This document shows positions 21,444-31,341 of a stretch of DNA of 64,000 nucleotides, in pieces (the stretch's first letter is position 1; the number at the start of each line of letters is the position of its first letter). Position numbers and translations under genes: made by a program. The notes under the pieces are model-generated. The model was not told the DNA's origin and searched no databases. It saw nothing but the letters and a program-made list of their open reading frames with translations. Source of the DNA: a virus (lineage: Duplodnaviria > Caudoviricetes); the IMG/VR virus record IMGVR_UViG_2859564202_000001. The stretch is one strand, 5' to 3'.

Positions 21444-21499
21444 AAGAACCTGCCTCAACACACCTCCACTTTTTCTACTTTTAAGAAAGCCACATTCTC

Positions 21500-24400
21500 A
21501 TGCCAATTATCATTGATAACCTCAATTCTGACGACGACTCCACCATCGGCACTGCCACCGAATACAACCCTGACACTGACGCCGATTTACTTGATGCTAT
21601 TAACGCTGATGCTGACCTTGATGGCGACGCCACCATCAGCACTAACGCGACAGAAGAAGGTGTAGACGCAGCAGCTGAAAAACCTAAGAAAAAGCGTAAA
21701 GCCCCTGCTCTGAAGCCTAAAGGACTCACGGCAAAGTTCTTCCACCGTGATCTTACTGGCGTAGGTGGTAGGACCGGTCGCCTCAACAAGAACGTACACC
21801 CGACCAACCCAGATCTGTCCTACCAGCCAGTCTCTGATGTCTACACCCCACAATCAGCAGATCACAAGGGTATTAAGACCCGCTACATCCTTACCCATCC
21901 AACCCCCGCTGTTGTTCTCAGTGAGTCCATCAGCAACGCGTTTCATGTCTCTACCCTGCGTCGCAACAATAATGTCAACAACTCTGATTCGGAATTGGCT
22001 GCCTGGCCGTACCTCTACCAACTCGATATTCCGCAGCTGGACCAGATGATTAATGTCGCTGACATCTGTGATTACCATTTCCACGGATATAACCTGTGGG
22101 TGGATTTTACCCCGCAGACTATCGCTCTACGATCCGGTAAGACGGTACTCGATGACGGTACCACCGCCTCTGATAACACCACTCATGTCTATTACCGCGT
22201 CACCGTTCACGTTATTGCCGGTCAAGATCATGGATCTACTCTGCTTGATGACCAGGGCAACCAGGTGCTTGATAGGGATGATAATCCTATTTCTACCCCA
22301 AGTATCAAGCGTATTGGCGCTGTCACTGATCTTTTCGATCACAATCCTTTTGGCTTCGCTAGTGTAAACTCTTTCGCATTTGTCGATTTCTCATGGGACC
22401 CAGCCACCACCTTGGTCGATATGCTCAACAACCTTGATTCATATCTCTCTAATCACATCAATATTGCCAGCTCCCCAACCCCCATTGCCCTCGATATGGT
22501 TGTGCTCAATGAATGGTCTGAAAAGTCCTATCAGCTGTGCGAACGCGTTGTTGCACAGGCAAAGCTCATCAACAGCAACAAGATCACCGCACATGTGAGT
22601 GATGTCATCAAGCAAAATGCCCACAATATCTTGTGGTTTACCGAACAGATGAACCCTGGCACCACCAACCTCAGCGAGGTACCTATCTCCAAGAAGTCTA
22701 TGCTGCCGATGTCTCGCCAGCTACGTATTTTGGAGCACTACGATGTACCACTGACCGCGTACTCTGCTCTTTTCTGGACTGTCAGCGCCATTAAGAATGA
22801 ATCTATGGTGCAGTACCTTGTGCGACAGAATATGCAGCTCACCTTGAGCTCAAATCTGGATGCACTCAACTCCATTGTCTCCCAGCTCCCTGTACCAGAT
22901 AAGGACGTTGTGGCTGCTTCTGGCTACCAGATTCAGCCACACTTCTCCACGCAGCAGCGTGAAGCAATCACCACTGATAATCCTCTCGCGATTATTCAGG
23001 CCGGTGCTGGTACCGGTAAATCCACCGTGATTCTGGAACGCATTGAGTACTTGTGCGCTGCAGGCACCAACCCTGAAGAGATTGCTGTGCTGTCTTTTAC
23101 TAATGCTGCCGCCGATAACATCACAGCAAAAAATGACAAGGTGACCTCTATGACCATCTCCAAGATGGTTCATGAGATTTACGCACACAATTTCCCTGAT
23201 CATGAGATCTCCACCATCGACACCATTATCAATACGCTTGATATTGAATACGGCGATCAAATGGTGACCTCCGATTACATGATTCAGCTCCGTGACCTGC
23301 TCTATAAGGTCATGACGCAGGGTGGCAACGCCAACCTGACAGCGTTGAGCATCTTCATGGAATCCCATATCGAGGCGTTCATCTCGGTGTTGGATCAGAT
23401 CAAGCAGACTTCTCTTGAGCTGGAAATCATCATCTGCTACCTGCTCTTGGATAAGCTGATCGAGCCTCATGCATCGCCGAAGTACCTCATTATTGATGAG
23501 GTGCAGGACAACTCGGTCTTCGAGTTCGTCTTTGCACTTCGTTTTGCGGCAAAGCACAATACGAGTCTGTACTTGGTGGGTGACTCGTCACAGACCTTGT
23601 ATGAGTTCCGTTCTGCTAACCCTAAGGCTCTGAACTCCCTGGAAGCATCTGGTGTTTTCGGTACCTACCGTTTGACCACCAATTACCGTTCCAACCAGGA
23701 AATTCTTGACTTCGCTAATATCCACCTCTCGGATATTGAAGCTAACCAGTTCGCAGGTATTCAGCTCTACGCCAACTCTTTTGATGCACCTACTGCGGAC
23801 AGCTTCAAAGAAAAGGTTGAACTGGACATGCACCATGTGTCTAAGCAGTCTGAGTTTACCGACAGCATTCCTTATTTCATGGAGTCCAATAAAGCTCGCT
23901 TTGATGCTGCGATCTTGAACAATGAGCAAACCATTGTGCTTGCTCATTCTGGTCGTGAAATTCGTGCAGCGCAGCAAGCGCTAGCCGAGATGTACCCCAG
24001 CATCACGGTGCGTAACTTGCAGTCCGATAAGGGTTTCAACAACACGGTATTTTCGACCTTTATTAAGGATTTCTGGTTTGAGGTCACCGCTGTAGACCCA
24101 GCTCATGCCGCATTTACCTTTACCAGCCAAGTCACCGCTCATCTAGATAAGTTGGTACGCGGAAAGCGTGAGCAGATGGAGGATCGCGTTATCCGGTCTA
24201 TGGCTGCATGGTGGCGTGAAAATGAGCGTGACATCCAGGGTTGGGTGCAGCAAACTCAGTCCGGTGCGATCACCAACGAAGAGTTCTTCTACCGTCTTCG
24301 TCAGTGCATTCTTGACTATGAAATCAGGAATAACCGAGCACGTCAGTCCATGCTCAATGCGCGCAACAACGCTAACAAGGAGGCTGTCGCACAGGAGAAA

Positions 24401-25267
24401 CCACTGCTCATGGTCTCCACCATTCACAGTGCAAAGGGTCTGGAATTCGATAATGTCATCGTGCTTCAAAAACCAAGCTCCGATGCAGAGATGACCGAAG
24501 AAGGTAAGCGCGCAACCTATGTGGCGCTGACCCGTGCAAAAAAGCGTGAACTCATTATTGCTGGTTCTACTCGCGCATACCCACGCATCGTCACCGATTA
24601 TGAGCAAATCGTTGATCTTCTTGAAAAGCGCGATGAGGAGCGCAAAATTAAGGAGGAAGAGGCTGCAGCACTCGCCACCCTTGAAGCTGAACAGGAGACG
24701 CGCGCCCTTGCTGCTGCTGAGGCGCAGGCTCAGGCGTTGTTGCTTGAGCACAACCCGTGGTTGCGTGATCTCAGCGATGAAGAAGTCACTGCTCTAACTG
24801 AGCAAGAGATCATCAACAATGTTGAGGCAGCCCTACAGATTGAAGAAGAGGAGGAAGAGGCTCGTGCACTCGCTGCAGCAGAGCCAGCAATTCAGCAGTA
24901 CTTGTCTCAGTTTGCTTTCGATGAGTTCCCGGACGACGACAATGTAGCCAACACTGTCGTACATGTAGCACCACAGCCTATTCTCCACCAGGCAGTGCCT
25001 GCAGATGTGACTGTACAATCAAGCACCGCCCCCGTAACACCTGTTGTTGCGGATCTTGAGGTAACCACTGTTGCAGCTGATCCAGTCGAACCGACTATCG
25101 TTGCTGCACAGCCTGAGGTGGACGACAACCTTGTCTACAGCACGTCCACCCCTAATAGTCACAGTGACGTTATTGCAGTGAACTCTGATACCTCAGAAAA
25201 CGCTGCTGTTAATCCAGTTCTGTCCGATATTGAGGCACTCCGAGCAATTTTCAACAACCAGGACTAA
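21500..25267 (+). CDS. UvrD/Rep superfamily-1 helicase with long N- and C-terminal extensions
   Basis: QAGAGTGKS, LSFTNAAA, IDEVQD, VGDSSQTLYEFR, NYRS, TIHSAKGLEFD, YVALTRAK. Confidence 0.92.
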   Translation: MPIIIDNLNSDDDSTIGTATEYNPDTDADLLDAINADADLDGDATISTNATEEGVDAAAEKPKKKRKAPALKPKGLTAKFFHRDLTGVGGRTGRLNKNVHPTNPDLSYQPVSDVYTPQSADHKGIKTRYILTHPTPAVVLSESISNAFHVSTLRRNNNVNNSDSELAAWPYLYQLDIPQLDQMINVADICDYHFHGYNLWVDFTPQTIALRSGKTVLDDGTTASDNTTHVYYRVTVHVIAGQDHGSTLLDDQGNQVLDRDDNPISTPSIKRIGAVTDLFDHNPFGFASVNSFAFVDFSWDPATTLVDMLNNLDSYLSNHINIASSPTPIALDMVVLNEWSEKSYQLCERVVAQAKLINSNKITAHVSDVIKQNAHNILWFTEQMNPGTTNLSEVPISKKSMLPMSRQLRILEHYDVPLTAYSALFWTVSAIKNESMVQYLVRQNMQLTLSSNLDALNSIVSQLPVPDKDVVAASGYQIQPHFSTQQREAITTDNPLAIIQAGAGTGKSTVILERIEYLCAAGTNPEEIAVLSFTNAAADNITAKNDKVTSMTISKMVHEIYAHNFPDHEISTIDTIINTLDIEYGDQMVTSDYMIQLRDLLYKVMTQGGNANLTALSIFMESHIEAFISVLDQIKQTSLELEIIICYLLLDKLIEPHASPKYLIIDEVQDNSVFEFVFALRFAAKHNTSLYLVGDSSQTLYEFRSANPKALNSLEASGVFGTYRLTTNYRSNQEILDFANIHLSDIEANQFAGIQLYANSFDAPTADSFKEKVELDMHHVSKQSEFTDSIPYFMESNKARFDAAILNNEQTIVLAHSGREIRAAQQALAEMYPSITVRNLQSDKGFNNTVFSTFIKDFWFEVTAVDPAHAAFTFTSQVTAHLDKLVRGKREQMEDRVIRSMAAWWRENERDIQGWVQQTQSGAITNEEFFYRLRQCILDYEIRNNRARQSMLNARNNANKEAVAQEKPLLMVSTIHSAKGLEFDNVIVLQKPSSDAEMTEEGKRATYVALTRAKKRELIIAGSTRAYPRIVTDYEQIVDLLEKRDEERKIKEEEAAALATLEAEQETRALAAAEAQAQALLLEHNPWLRDLSDEEVTALTEQEIINNVEAALQIEEEEEEARALAAAEPAIQQYLSQFAFDEFPDDDNVANTVVHVAPQPILHQAVPADVTVQSSTAPVTPVVADLEVTTVAADPVEPTIVAAQPEVDDNLVYSTSTPNSHSDVIAVNSDTSENAAVNPVLSDIEALRAIFNNQD

Positions 25268-25412
25268 AACACCTGCTGCTGTTGAGCGCTTCTCACACAT
25301 CATCCTCACAACCCCGTTGCAGCACCAGCATAAATCTATATTCGCTGTGACGGGGTTGTTGGGGCGCGCCCCACATTCACTCTTTTTCCCGATTGGTTTC
25401 TACTACACACCC

Positions 25413-25790
25413 ATGACCTCTATTACTACTACCGATACCCCGCTATATACAGCACTGCCCCATACCCGTATCTCTGATGCGGAATTGTTGACACCAACAA
25501 CAACTGTGCACGAGATTCTCGTTTACGGACCGGCTGAGTGCCCAGGGTGTACAGCAACGCTTGACTTCTTTGCACGCAAAAACATGCCGGCCACCAAAGT
25601 CACTGTAGCTGCCGGTGATGTAGCACATACCTACATCACCCAAGACTTAGGTTATCTCCAAGCACCGATTGTCACTGTCCGTATCAGTTCCTCTGCTTCT
25701 AACCACGACAACGAACACAACACCCAGATCCTGCACTGGTCCGGCGTTAATCGCTACCTCATGCAGGCACTCTCCCGTACTCATTTCTAG
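25413..25790 (+). CDS. NrdH/glutaredoxin-like protein
   Basis: VYGPAECPGCTAT (CxxC), LGYLQAPIV, HWSG. Confidence 0.8.
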   Translation: MTSITTTDTPLYTALPHTRISDAELLTPTTTVHEILVYGPAECPGCTATLDFFARKNMPATKVTVAAGDVAHTYITQDLGYLQAPIVTVRISSSASNHDNEHNTQILHWSGVNRYLMQALSRTHF

Positions 25791-25806
25791 AAAGGTTTTT
25801 CCCGTC

Positions 25807-26187
25807 ATGTCTGAATCTACTTCTTCTGCTAACTCCACCACCATCCTCAACGACACCTTCAACCCGAAGCCTGGCGTACCTTATGCACGCGTCGATAATC
25901 TCGAATTTGCCACACGTGACGAATTCCGCGCTTGGGCTACCGCAGAGATGGAGGCCGGTAACGTTATCTCTGCAACCATCGCCAATGCCCCACGCGAAGA
26001 CCGCATCAAGTCTTTTGTCATGGATCTTGTTCGAGACGGTATTGACGACGCTGCTGAGGAAATCGTCTCACGCATTGATAGCGGTGACTTCACTATGAAG
26101 GAAGCTCTCACCGCGATCGCGGCATCAATCAACGACCTCGATGCTGACGATGTAGTCAGCGACATCGTTGAAAACCACTTCAACTAG
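25807..26187 (+). CDS. Acidic hypothetical protein
   Basis: GAAAGG RBS before ATG 25807. Confidence 0.65.
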   Translation: MSESTSSANSTTILNDTFNPKPGVPYARVDNLEFATRDEFRAWATAEMEAGNVISATIANAPREDRIKSFVMDLVRDGIDDAAEEIVSRIDSGDFTMKEALTAIAASINDLDADDVVSDIVENHFN

Positions 26188-26207
26188 TCAACACACCAGC
26201 CCTCCAC

Positions 26208-26247
26208 AAGAGCGTCGAAGCAATCTACGCTTCGACGCTCTTTTTTT
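26208..26247 (+). terminator. Rho-independent terminator
   Basis: AAGAGCGTCGAAGC/GCTTCGACGCTCTT followed by a T run. Confidence 0.8.
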
Positions 26248-26292
26248 CACTACCTACTCATCCCCCACATAAGAAAAAAAGACGACACCACC

Positions 26293-26760
26293 ATGATTGA
26301 CCATAAACTGTGGTTTAACACAGTAACCAACAACGCCTCTGTCCGAGAAGCTGCAGGAAAATGCGACATACCCATCAGAACGCTCAACGAGCAGCTTAAC
26401 CGTCGAATACTCCCTGAAAAGACCGTCATCGCTCTAGCACGCGCTTATGATCTCTCACCTGTTGATGCGCTCGTTCGCACCGGACACCTCACCGAAGAAG
26501 AGGCTGGTAGTCGTGAAGAAGATGCCAGCCCAGATTCAGCTGACGACTACCCTACCTGGGCACTGAACTCGCACCTTGACTATGGCATTCTCGGAGCTTT
26601 TGGCGACATCGCTGAAGAAGTAAACAGCGAAAGAGTTAACCGCGACAACGCCATAGAGCAAATTCGCGCATGGCTCGACGAGCTTCCAGGCAGCCTATTC
26701 AACAACCTCCGCAGCACTAAAACAGGCTACATCGAACTATTCGAGACCTATCTCGATTAA
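26293..26760 (+). CDS. XRE-like HTH protein
   Basis: SVREAAGKCDIPIRTLNEQL...VIALARAYDLSPVDALVRTGHL resembles actinophage repressor N-domains. Confidence 0.65.
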   Translation: MIDHKLWFNTVTNNASVREAAGKCDIPIRTLNEQLNRRILPEKTVIALARAYDLSPVDALVRTGHLTEEEAGSREEDASPDSADDYPTWALNSHLDYGILGAFGDIAEEVNSERVNRDNAIEQIRAWLDELPGSLFNNLRSTKTGYIELFETYLD

Positions 26761-26796
26761 ACCCAACCAGCACAACAATAAGGAGAACCCTCACCA

Positions 26797-27063
26797 ATGT
26801 CCTTTAAGCACCTCTACGACAAGACACCAGAAATGATCGTCCATGTGTACTGTTCCGGGCCACTGTGTGATGCAGAATTAGAGCATGACCGTGATGGGTG
26901 GACATGCCCTGAATGTGGCACTTTTTGGGTTGACCCCAGCGGCAAAGGCGAACGCGCCCAGGTTGATACACCCGATGATGAACTAGAGGGGTTACCTGTC
27001 TATAACCTCTCAGGTGAACACCTCTACAACCATCATGAGCATCCAGAAAGCGCGGAAATATAA
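26797..27063 (+). CDS. Small zinc-ribbon protein
   Basis: CSGPLC...CPECG; AAGGAG RBS. Confidence 0.65.
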   Translation: MSFKHLYDKTPEMIVHVYCSGPLCDAELEHDRDGWTCPECGTFWVDPSGKGERAQVDTPDDELEGLPVYNLSGEHLYNHHEHPESAEI

Positions 27064-27842
27064 TGACCACACCTCACTCCCACCGCGCACCACGTCTGGC
27101 ATCCACGGTCATTATTGCCCGCGAGTCTGCTGACTCAGGTACCTTAGAATTCTTTATCCAGCAGCGACAATCCACTATGGCTTATGCAGCAAACGCTGTT
27201 GTTTTCCCAGGCGGCGGTGTTGAGGACAGCGATTATCCCTTTATGCTCCCCCACCGCGATCAGCACATGTCGCCTGAACACATCAAGCATCATGCCAGCC
27301 GACTCCACATGGACTCAGAAACTATGGCAGCTCATATTTCCGCTGCACGCCGGGAAGTATGGGAAGAAACAGGCGTTGATCTCGGTAATTACAACCATGA
27401 ACTCATCCCGATCGACCGCTGGATCACACCTGATATTCCTGCTTTTAGGCGCCGTTACGACACCGCCACCTTTGTACTTATTCTAAGCAAAGACAGCACT
27501 AACGCAGCTCTGCAGCACCAGCATCAAACCACCGAGGCCACCCATTCTTATTGGGCAACTGCAGAAGAACTGCTCACTCAATGGTCAACAGGTCATCTCA
27601 ACCTGTTGTTACCAACGTGGTGGCATATCAACCAGCTCAATCACCTCCACACGCTAAACCAGCTGTATAGCTTTGCCCAGCGTACCCATAATCCGCAGCA
27701 CACTCCACCCACAGTGTTTGCTAACTGGACTGCACCGGCTGATGAGGCCGCCATGCAGCACTATGGGTTCCCTGATCCCGATGCGTACTTTGACCATGCC
27801 ACTATCGCAGGAAAACACCACACACTCATCACAAGAAAGTAG
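27063..27842 (+). CDS. NUDIX hydrolase
   Basis: FPGGGVE...AARREVWEETGV Nudix box with insertion; RWITP...RRYDT. Confidence 0.88.
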   Translation: MTTPHSHRAPRLASTVIIARESADSGTLEFFIQQRQSTMAYAANAVVFPGGGVEDSDYPFMLPHRDQHMSPEHIKHHASRLHMDSETMAAHISAARREVWEETGVDLGNYNHELIPIDRWITPDIPAFRRRYDTATFVLILSKDSTNAALQHQHQTTEATHSYWATAEELLTQWSTGHLNLLLPTWWHINQLNHLHTLNQLYSFAQRTHNPQHTPPTVFANWTAPADEAAMQHYGFPDPDAYFDHATIAGKHHTLITRK

Positions 27843-27850
27843 GTCTCACC

Positions 27851-28555
27851 ATGACTTTTGCAGAACTTAGCTCACCGCGTACCATCATCGCTTTTAATGG
27901 CCGTGCCGAATCTGGCAAAGATACTGCAGCACAGTATCTCACCCATATGCACAGTTTTCACCGCATCGCCTTTGCCGATGGTGTCCGTGACGCACTCTAT
28001 GCGCTTAACCCACTGGTCTGTGTGGAGCAGGCTATCACCACACATGGTGCCATTTATGACCGCGTGGCCACTGTTGTGGACACACTTGGTTGGGATACCG
28101 CAAAGCAAATCCCCGACATCCGCGCACTTATGCAGCGTATTGGTACCGAAGCTGGTTGGCGCATCCACGGCGAGCATCTGTGGGTCAATCTTGCTATCAA
28201 AAAGATCAATGAACTGCCCGCTGACCACGCCATTGTCATCACTGATTTGCGATTCCCCAATGAGATTGAGTGGTTGAACAGCCTCAAAGCCAACCCGATG
28301 AACACCATTCAGACCGTCAAAGTCATCCGACCAGATCATGAATCGACCTTGACTGCAGGATCATTCGGTACTACCTCACATATTTCCGAAAGCTTTAATC
28401 TCACTACCGACACTGTGCTCCGCAACGATGGCACCATTGACGATTTGCACTCAAAGCTGGCTGATTTTTTGAGCACTTCCCCGCAGCCCGTGCTCTCTCG
28501 TAACGCCCCTGTACCAAAACACAACGCACCGGCACCAACCACTGATGCCATGTAA
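27851..28555 (+). CDS. Phage-type deoxynucleoside monophosphate kinase
   Basis: GRAESGKDT P-loop, AFAD, RALMQRIGTE, ITDLRFPNE, NDGT. Confidence 0.85.
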   Translation: MTFAELSSPRTIIAFNGRAESGKDTAAQYLTHMHSFHRIAFADGVRDALYALNPLVCVEQAITTHGAIYDRVATVVDTLGWDTAKQIPDIRALMQRIGTEAGWRIHGEHLWVNLAIKKINELPADHAIVITDLRFPNEIEWLNSLKANPMNTIQTVKVIRPDHESTLTAGSFGTTSHISESFNLTTDTVLRNDGTIDDLHSKLADFLSTSPQPVLSRNAPVPKHNAPAPTTDAM

Positions 28556-28615
28556 ATAACCCCCGTATCAAGATCACTGCCACACAGCAGCTCTTGATAC
28601 GGGGGTTATTTTTTT
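28554..28615. terminator. Bidirectional terminator at the convergence of the two gene blocks
   Basis: AATAACCCCCGTATCAAGA...TCTTGATACGGGGGTTATT followed by a T run. Confidence 0.8.
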
Positions 28616-28632
28616 GCTCAACAGCTCATACC

Positions 28633-28860
28633 TTAACCAAAGCTAAAGCCATCATTTTGCTGCTGAACTTGGGTTTCTTCCTGGATAACAGGTCGCTCTT
28701 CTTGGTTCATTGCCTGATAACGCTGACGCATCCGAAGCTGCTGGTCCACAGAGTTGAGCACACCGTTCGCGTCCATACCACCCTCTCCAAGTCGTACCTG
28801 CGTCTTAGGTACGCCCATAAGCTCTTGGGTGTCGCGGTTTGTCGGATCTGGGGTCGTCAT
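28633..28860 (-). CDS. Small hypothetical protein
   Basis: 75 aa; last gene of the - strand run. Confidence 0.55.
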   Translation of the reverse strand: MTTPDPTNRDTQELMGVPKTQVRLGEGGMDANGVLNSVDQQLRMRQRYQAMNQEERPVIQEETQVQQQNDGFSFG

Positions 28861-28888
28861 AATAAATTCTTCTTTCTATCATTTTCTA

Positions 28889-31057
28889 TTAATAACCGTA
28901 CTGCGGATCATTGGTTTTCGCTTCAGTCTCACGAACATACGCTTCATAAGGATTCGCGGGTCGTTCCTCTGGCAGATTCGATTCACGGAAATCATGAACA
29001 TTCATATCCAGCTGTGCTGCCTGATTGATTTGCGCTGCTTGTACACGACGACGAGCTGCCAGTTCTCGACCTGATCCACGATTTTCTTGAGGTCGAACCA
29101 TAGCATCAGTGTACTCGCTGCTCGTGTCTTTTTCCATAGTTATGGATTTAACAAAAGCGTCCGCATCCTGCCCAAATGTCTGCCCATGTTTGCGCACAAA
29201 CTTATCCAGAATCGCTGGATGATCACGCTGCATCACCTTCTCAGCCTGATCCATCGCCCATACCTGAACCTCCTTGACCTGCTCAGTCGTCATCGCGGTC
29301 TGATTACCATCATCCTGCAACACCTTGATCGCTGCCTGTGTGCGCTGTGCCATAGCAATCTGGCGCACCCGAGAAGCACTGCGACCACGTGTATCAAAGT
29401 CAGGTAACAGTTTCTTCGCAGAGGCGAGGCCACTTTCTGAGACATCAGTCGCTGTCATGAAGCCGGCAACTACATCACGAACGCCATCGGAACCGTACTG
29501 CTCACCAGCTACCCGCATTTCTGTCGCCAAAGTCGCAGCCAGGTTGTCAGCGAAGTTCTGCGCATTACCCATCGGCTCACGAACACTAAACCAGCCGGCG
29601 TTTTTACTCAAACCTGCACCATCAGGGAATTGCCATGTCGGGGTCTTTGAAATCACCATGCCACGTCGTTGTTCACCCAGGCGCACGGTGCCAAAAGCCG
29701 TCTCATTAAACCGGGCAGCATAGCCTGGATCGCGCTCCATGCGACGACCCACAATATCGCGGGCAGCGCCATAAATATCCTTCGACTTCAGGCCATGCTC
29801 TTCACCCTGCTTGACCACCATGTCAATATCTTCTGCCACCTGTGCAGAGACATCCTTCGCATCCACTATCGCTTGACCATCCGTATCTACTTCACGCATC
29901 GCCTCATACGCTTGATCAGACAACCGAACCACGGTCTGCGCGGCAGAAGCAACACTCATGGGGATTCGTTCACGGTTGCTGATGATCGCTGTTTTCTGCT
30001 GCATGAACGCATCAGAGAGCGACTTCGCTTCCTTCTCCGTCTTATCGCGCGTCAGCTTTGACTTCCAAAAATCTTTGGACACATACTTCGACAACTTAGT
30101 GTCTTTAGCCTGTTCCAGATCCTTGTTAAACTTGCGCTTCATATCCACGTTCACACCGGTCATACGTGGGCTCATGCACCACATCACCGCAGCAGTCGTA
30201 CACGCGGCCATCACCGTTTGAGTGTTGACCCCTTTGCGCAGTGGTCCCATCGCAGCCTGTGCCATCTCTTGGGCAAAATTATCATGAGCTGCATTGATCT
30301 TCCGCTTACGAGCAGCTGCATCTTTGGCATCCCGTGCTAGGTACGGATTATCACTTTTTGGTGGCTTGGCATACTTCTTTTCCGCTGCTTTGCGTTCCTT
30401 TTTGGCAACGTCAATAGGGTCAAAACTCTGTGCATGGACTTCACGCATGTGCAGCTGCTCATCCACACCAGAAAGATTAGCCTCATTATCAGCTACATCT
30501 TGTGCGCCACTACGCGGTACACCAGCCTCATCAGCGAGTCGATCATCATCACTACGATCATCTTGTCCAGCACGCACCCAATGACTGGTATCAAATTCTT
30601 CGACATCACTGAGGTCATCAAAATCAGACGGAGCTGATTCACCAAAAATGCTGCGCTGTTCACCATCAGCAACCTCATAACTCGGTGTTATCTCAGATGG
30701 GTGAAGCTTTCGCCGAGGCAACACATCACGCAGTGTTTCTGGTTCCTCAGACTCACCATAAGCAACAGGCTGTTGCTCTACACCAATAATAGAAGCCAAG
30801 TCGCTGCTACTCATGACATTTTTCCTTGGGTCATGCAGCTGCCCCAACGTCTTAGGCTGGGTTAATGACTGGACAGAAGATACCTCGACACTAACCTCTT
30901 CTACCTGTTCATTTACATCAGGCGCCTCTGCTTGTTCACGCACCTGCTCACTTGCTTGTGCAGCAAGACTAATCTCCGCCTCTACGACTGCCTGGGCACG
31001 CCGAGCCACCCGCTCTTCTCGTATCTTATTCTTCTCATTCCCAGCCACTGTCACCAC
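28889..31057 (-). CDS. Large helical hypothetical protein
   Basis: 722-aa ORF; AAGGAG RBS. Confidence 0.8.
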   Translation of the reverse strand: MVTVAGNEKNKIREERVARRAQAVVEAEISLAAQASEQVREQAEAPDVNEQVEEVSVEVSSVQSLTQPKTLGQLHDPRKNVMSSSDLASIIGVEQQPVAYGESEEPETLRDVLPRRKLHPSEITPSYEVADGEQRSIFGESAPSDFDDLSDVEEFDTSHWVRAGQDDRSDDDRLADEAGVPRSGAQDVADNEANLSGVDEQLHMREVHAQSFDPIDVAKKERKAAEKKYAKPPKSDNPYLARDAKDAAARKRKINAAHDNFAQEMAQAAMGPLRKGVNTQTVMAACTTAAVMWCMSPRMTGVNVDMKRKFNKDLEQAKDTKLSKYVSKDFWKSKLTRDKTEKEAKSLSDAFMQQKTAIISNRERIPMSVASAAQTVVRLSDQAYEAMREVDTDGQAIVDAKDVSAQVAEDIDMVVKQGEEHGLKSKDIYGAARDIVGRRMERDPGYAARFNETAFGTVRLGEQRRGMVISKTPTWQFPDGAGLSKNAGWFSVREPMGNAQNFADNLAATLATEMRVAGEQYGSDGVRDVVAGFMTATDVSESGLASAKKLLPDFDTRGRSASRVRQIAMAQRTQAAIKVLQDDGNQTAMTTEQVKEVQVWAMDQAEKVMQRDHPAILDKFVRKHGQTFGQDADAFVKSITMEKDTSSEYTDAMVRPQENRGSGRELAARRRVQAAQINQAAQLDMNVHDFRESNLPEERPANPYEAYVRETEAKTNDPQYGY

Positions 31058-31062
31058 ACTCC

Positions 31063-31338
31063 TTAAAAGTCCATATCGTCAAACTGATTATTCTGAGCTG
31101 CTGCACCTGTGCGTTCAAAACGACGCAACAATTCTGCGGCACCCAACCGTGCTGTTCGCACATGCGCCGGCACAACAGCCGCTAATTCTTTATCTGTTAA
31201 AGGTGACACAGGCTGCGCTGCAACCTCTACCACGGGGTCAGAGGCAACCACCTCACGTGCAACAGATCGACTCTGCTGTCGTGGTGTAGCTCTCATGCTC
31301 TGACCCCGCGTTCCTTTTCTGCTGAAATCTACTGCCAT
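31063..31338 (-). CDS. Hypothetical protein
   Basis: Starts 3 nt after the RNAP stop. Confidence 0.65.
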   Translation of the reverse strand: MAVDFSRKGTRGQSMRATPRQQSRSVAREVVASDPVVEVAAQPVSPLTDKELAAVVPAHVRTARLGAAELLRRFERTGAAAQNNQFDDMDF

Positions 31339-31341
31339 TAT

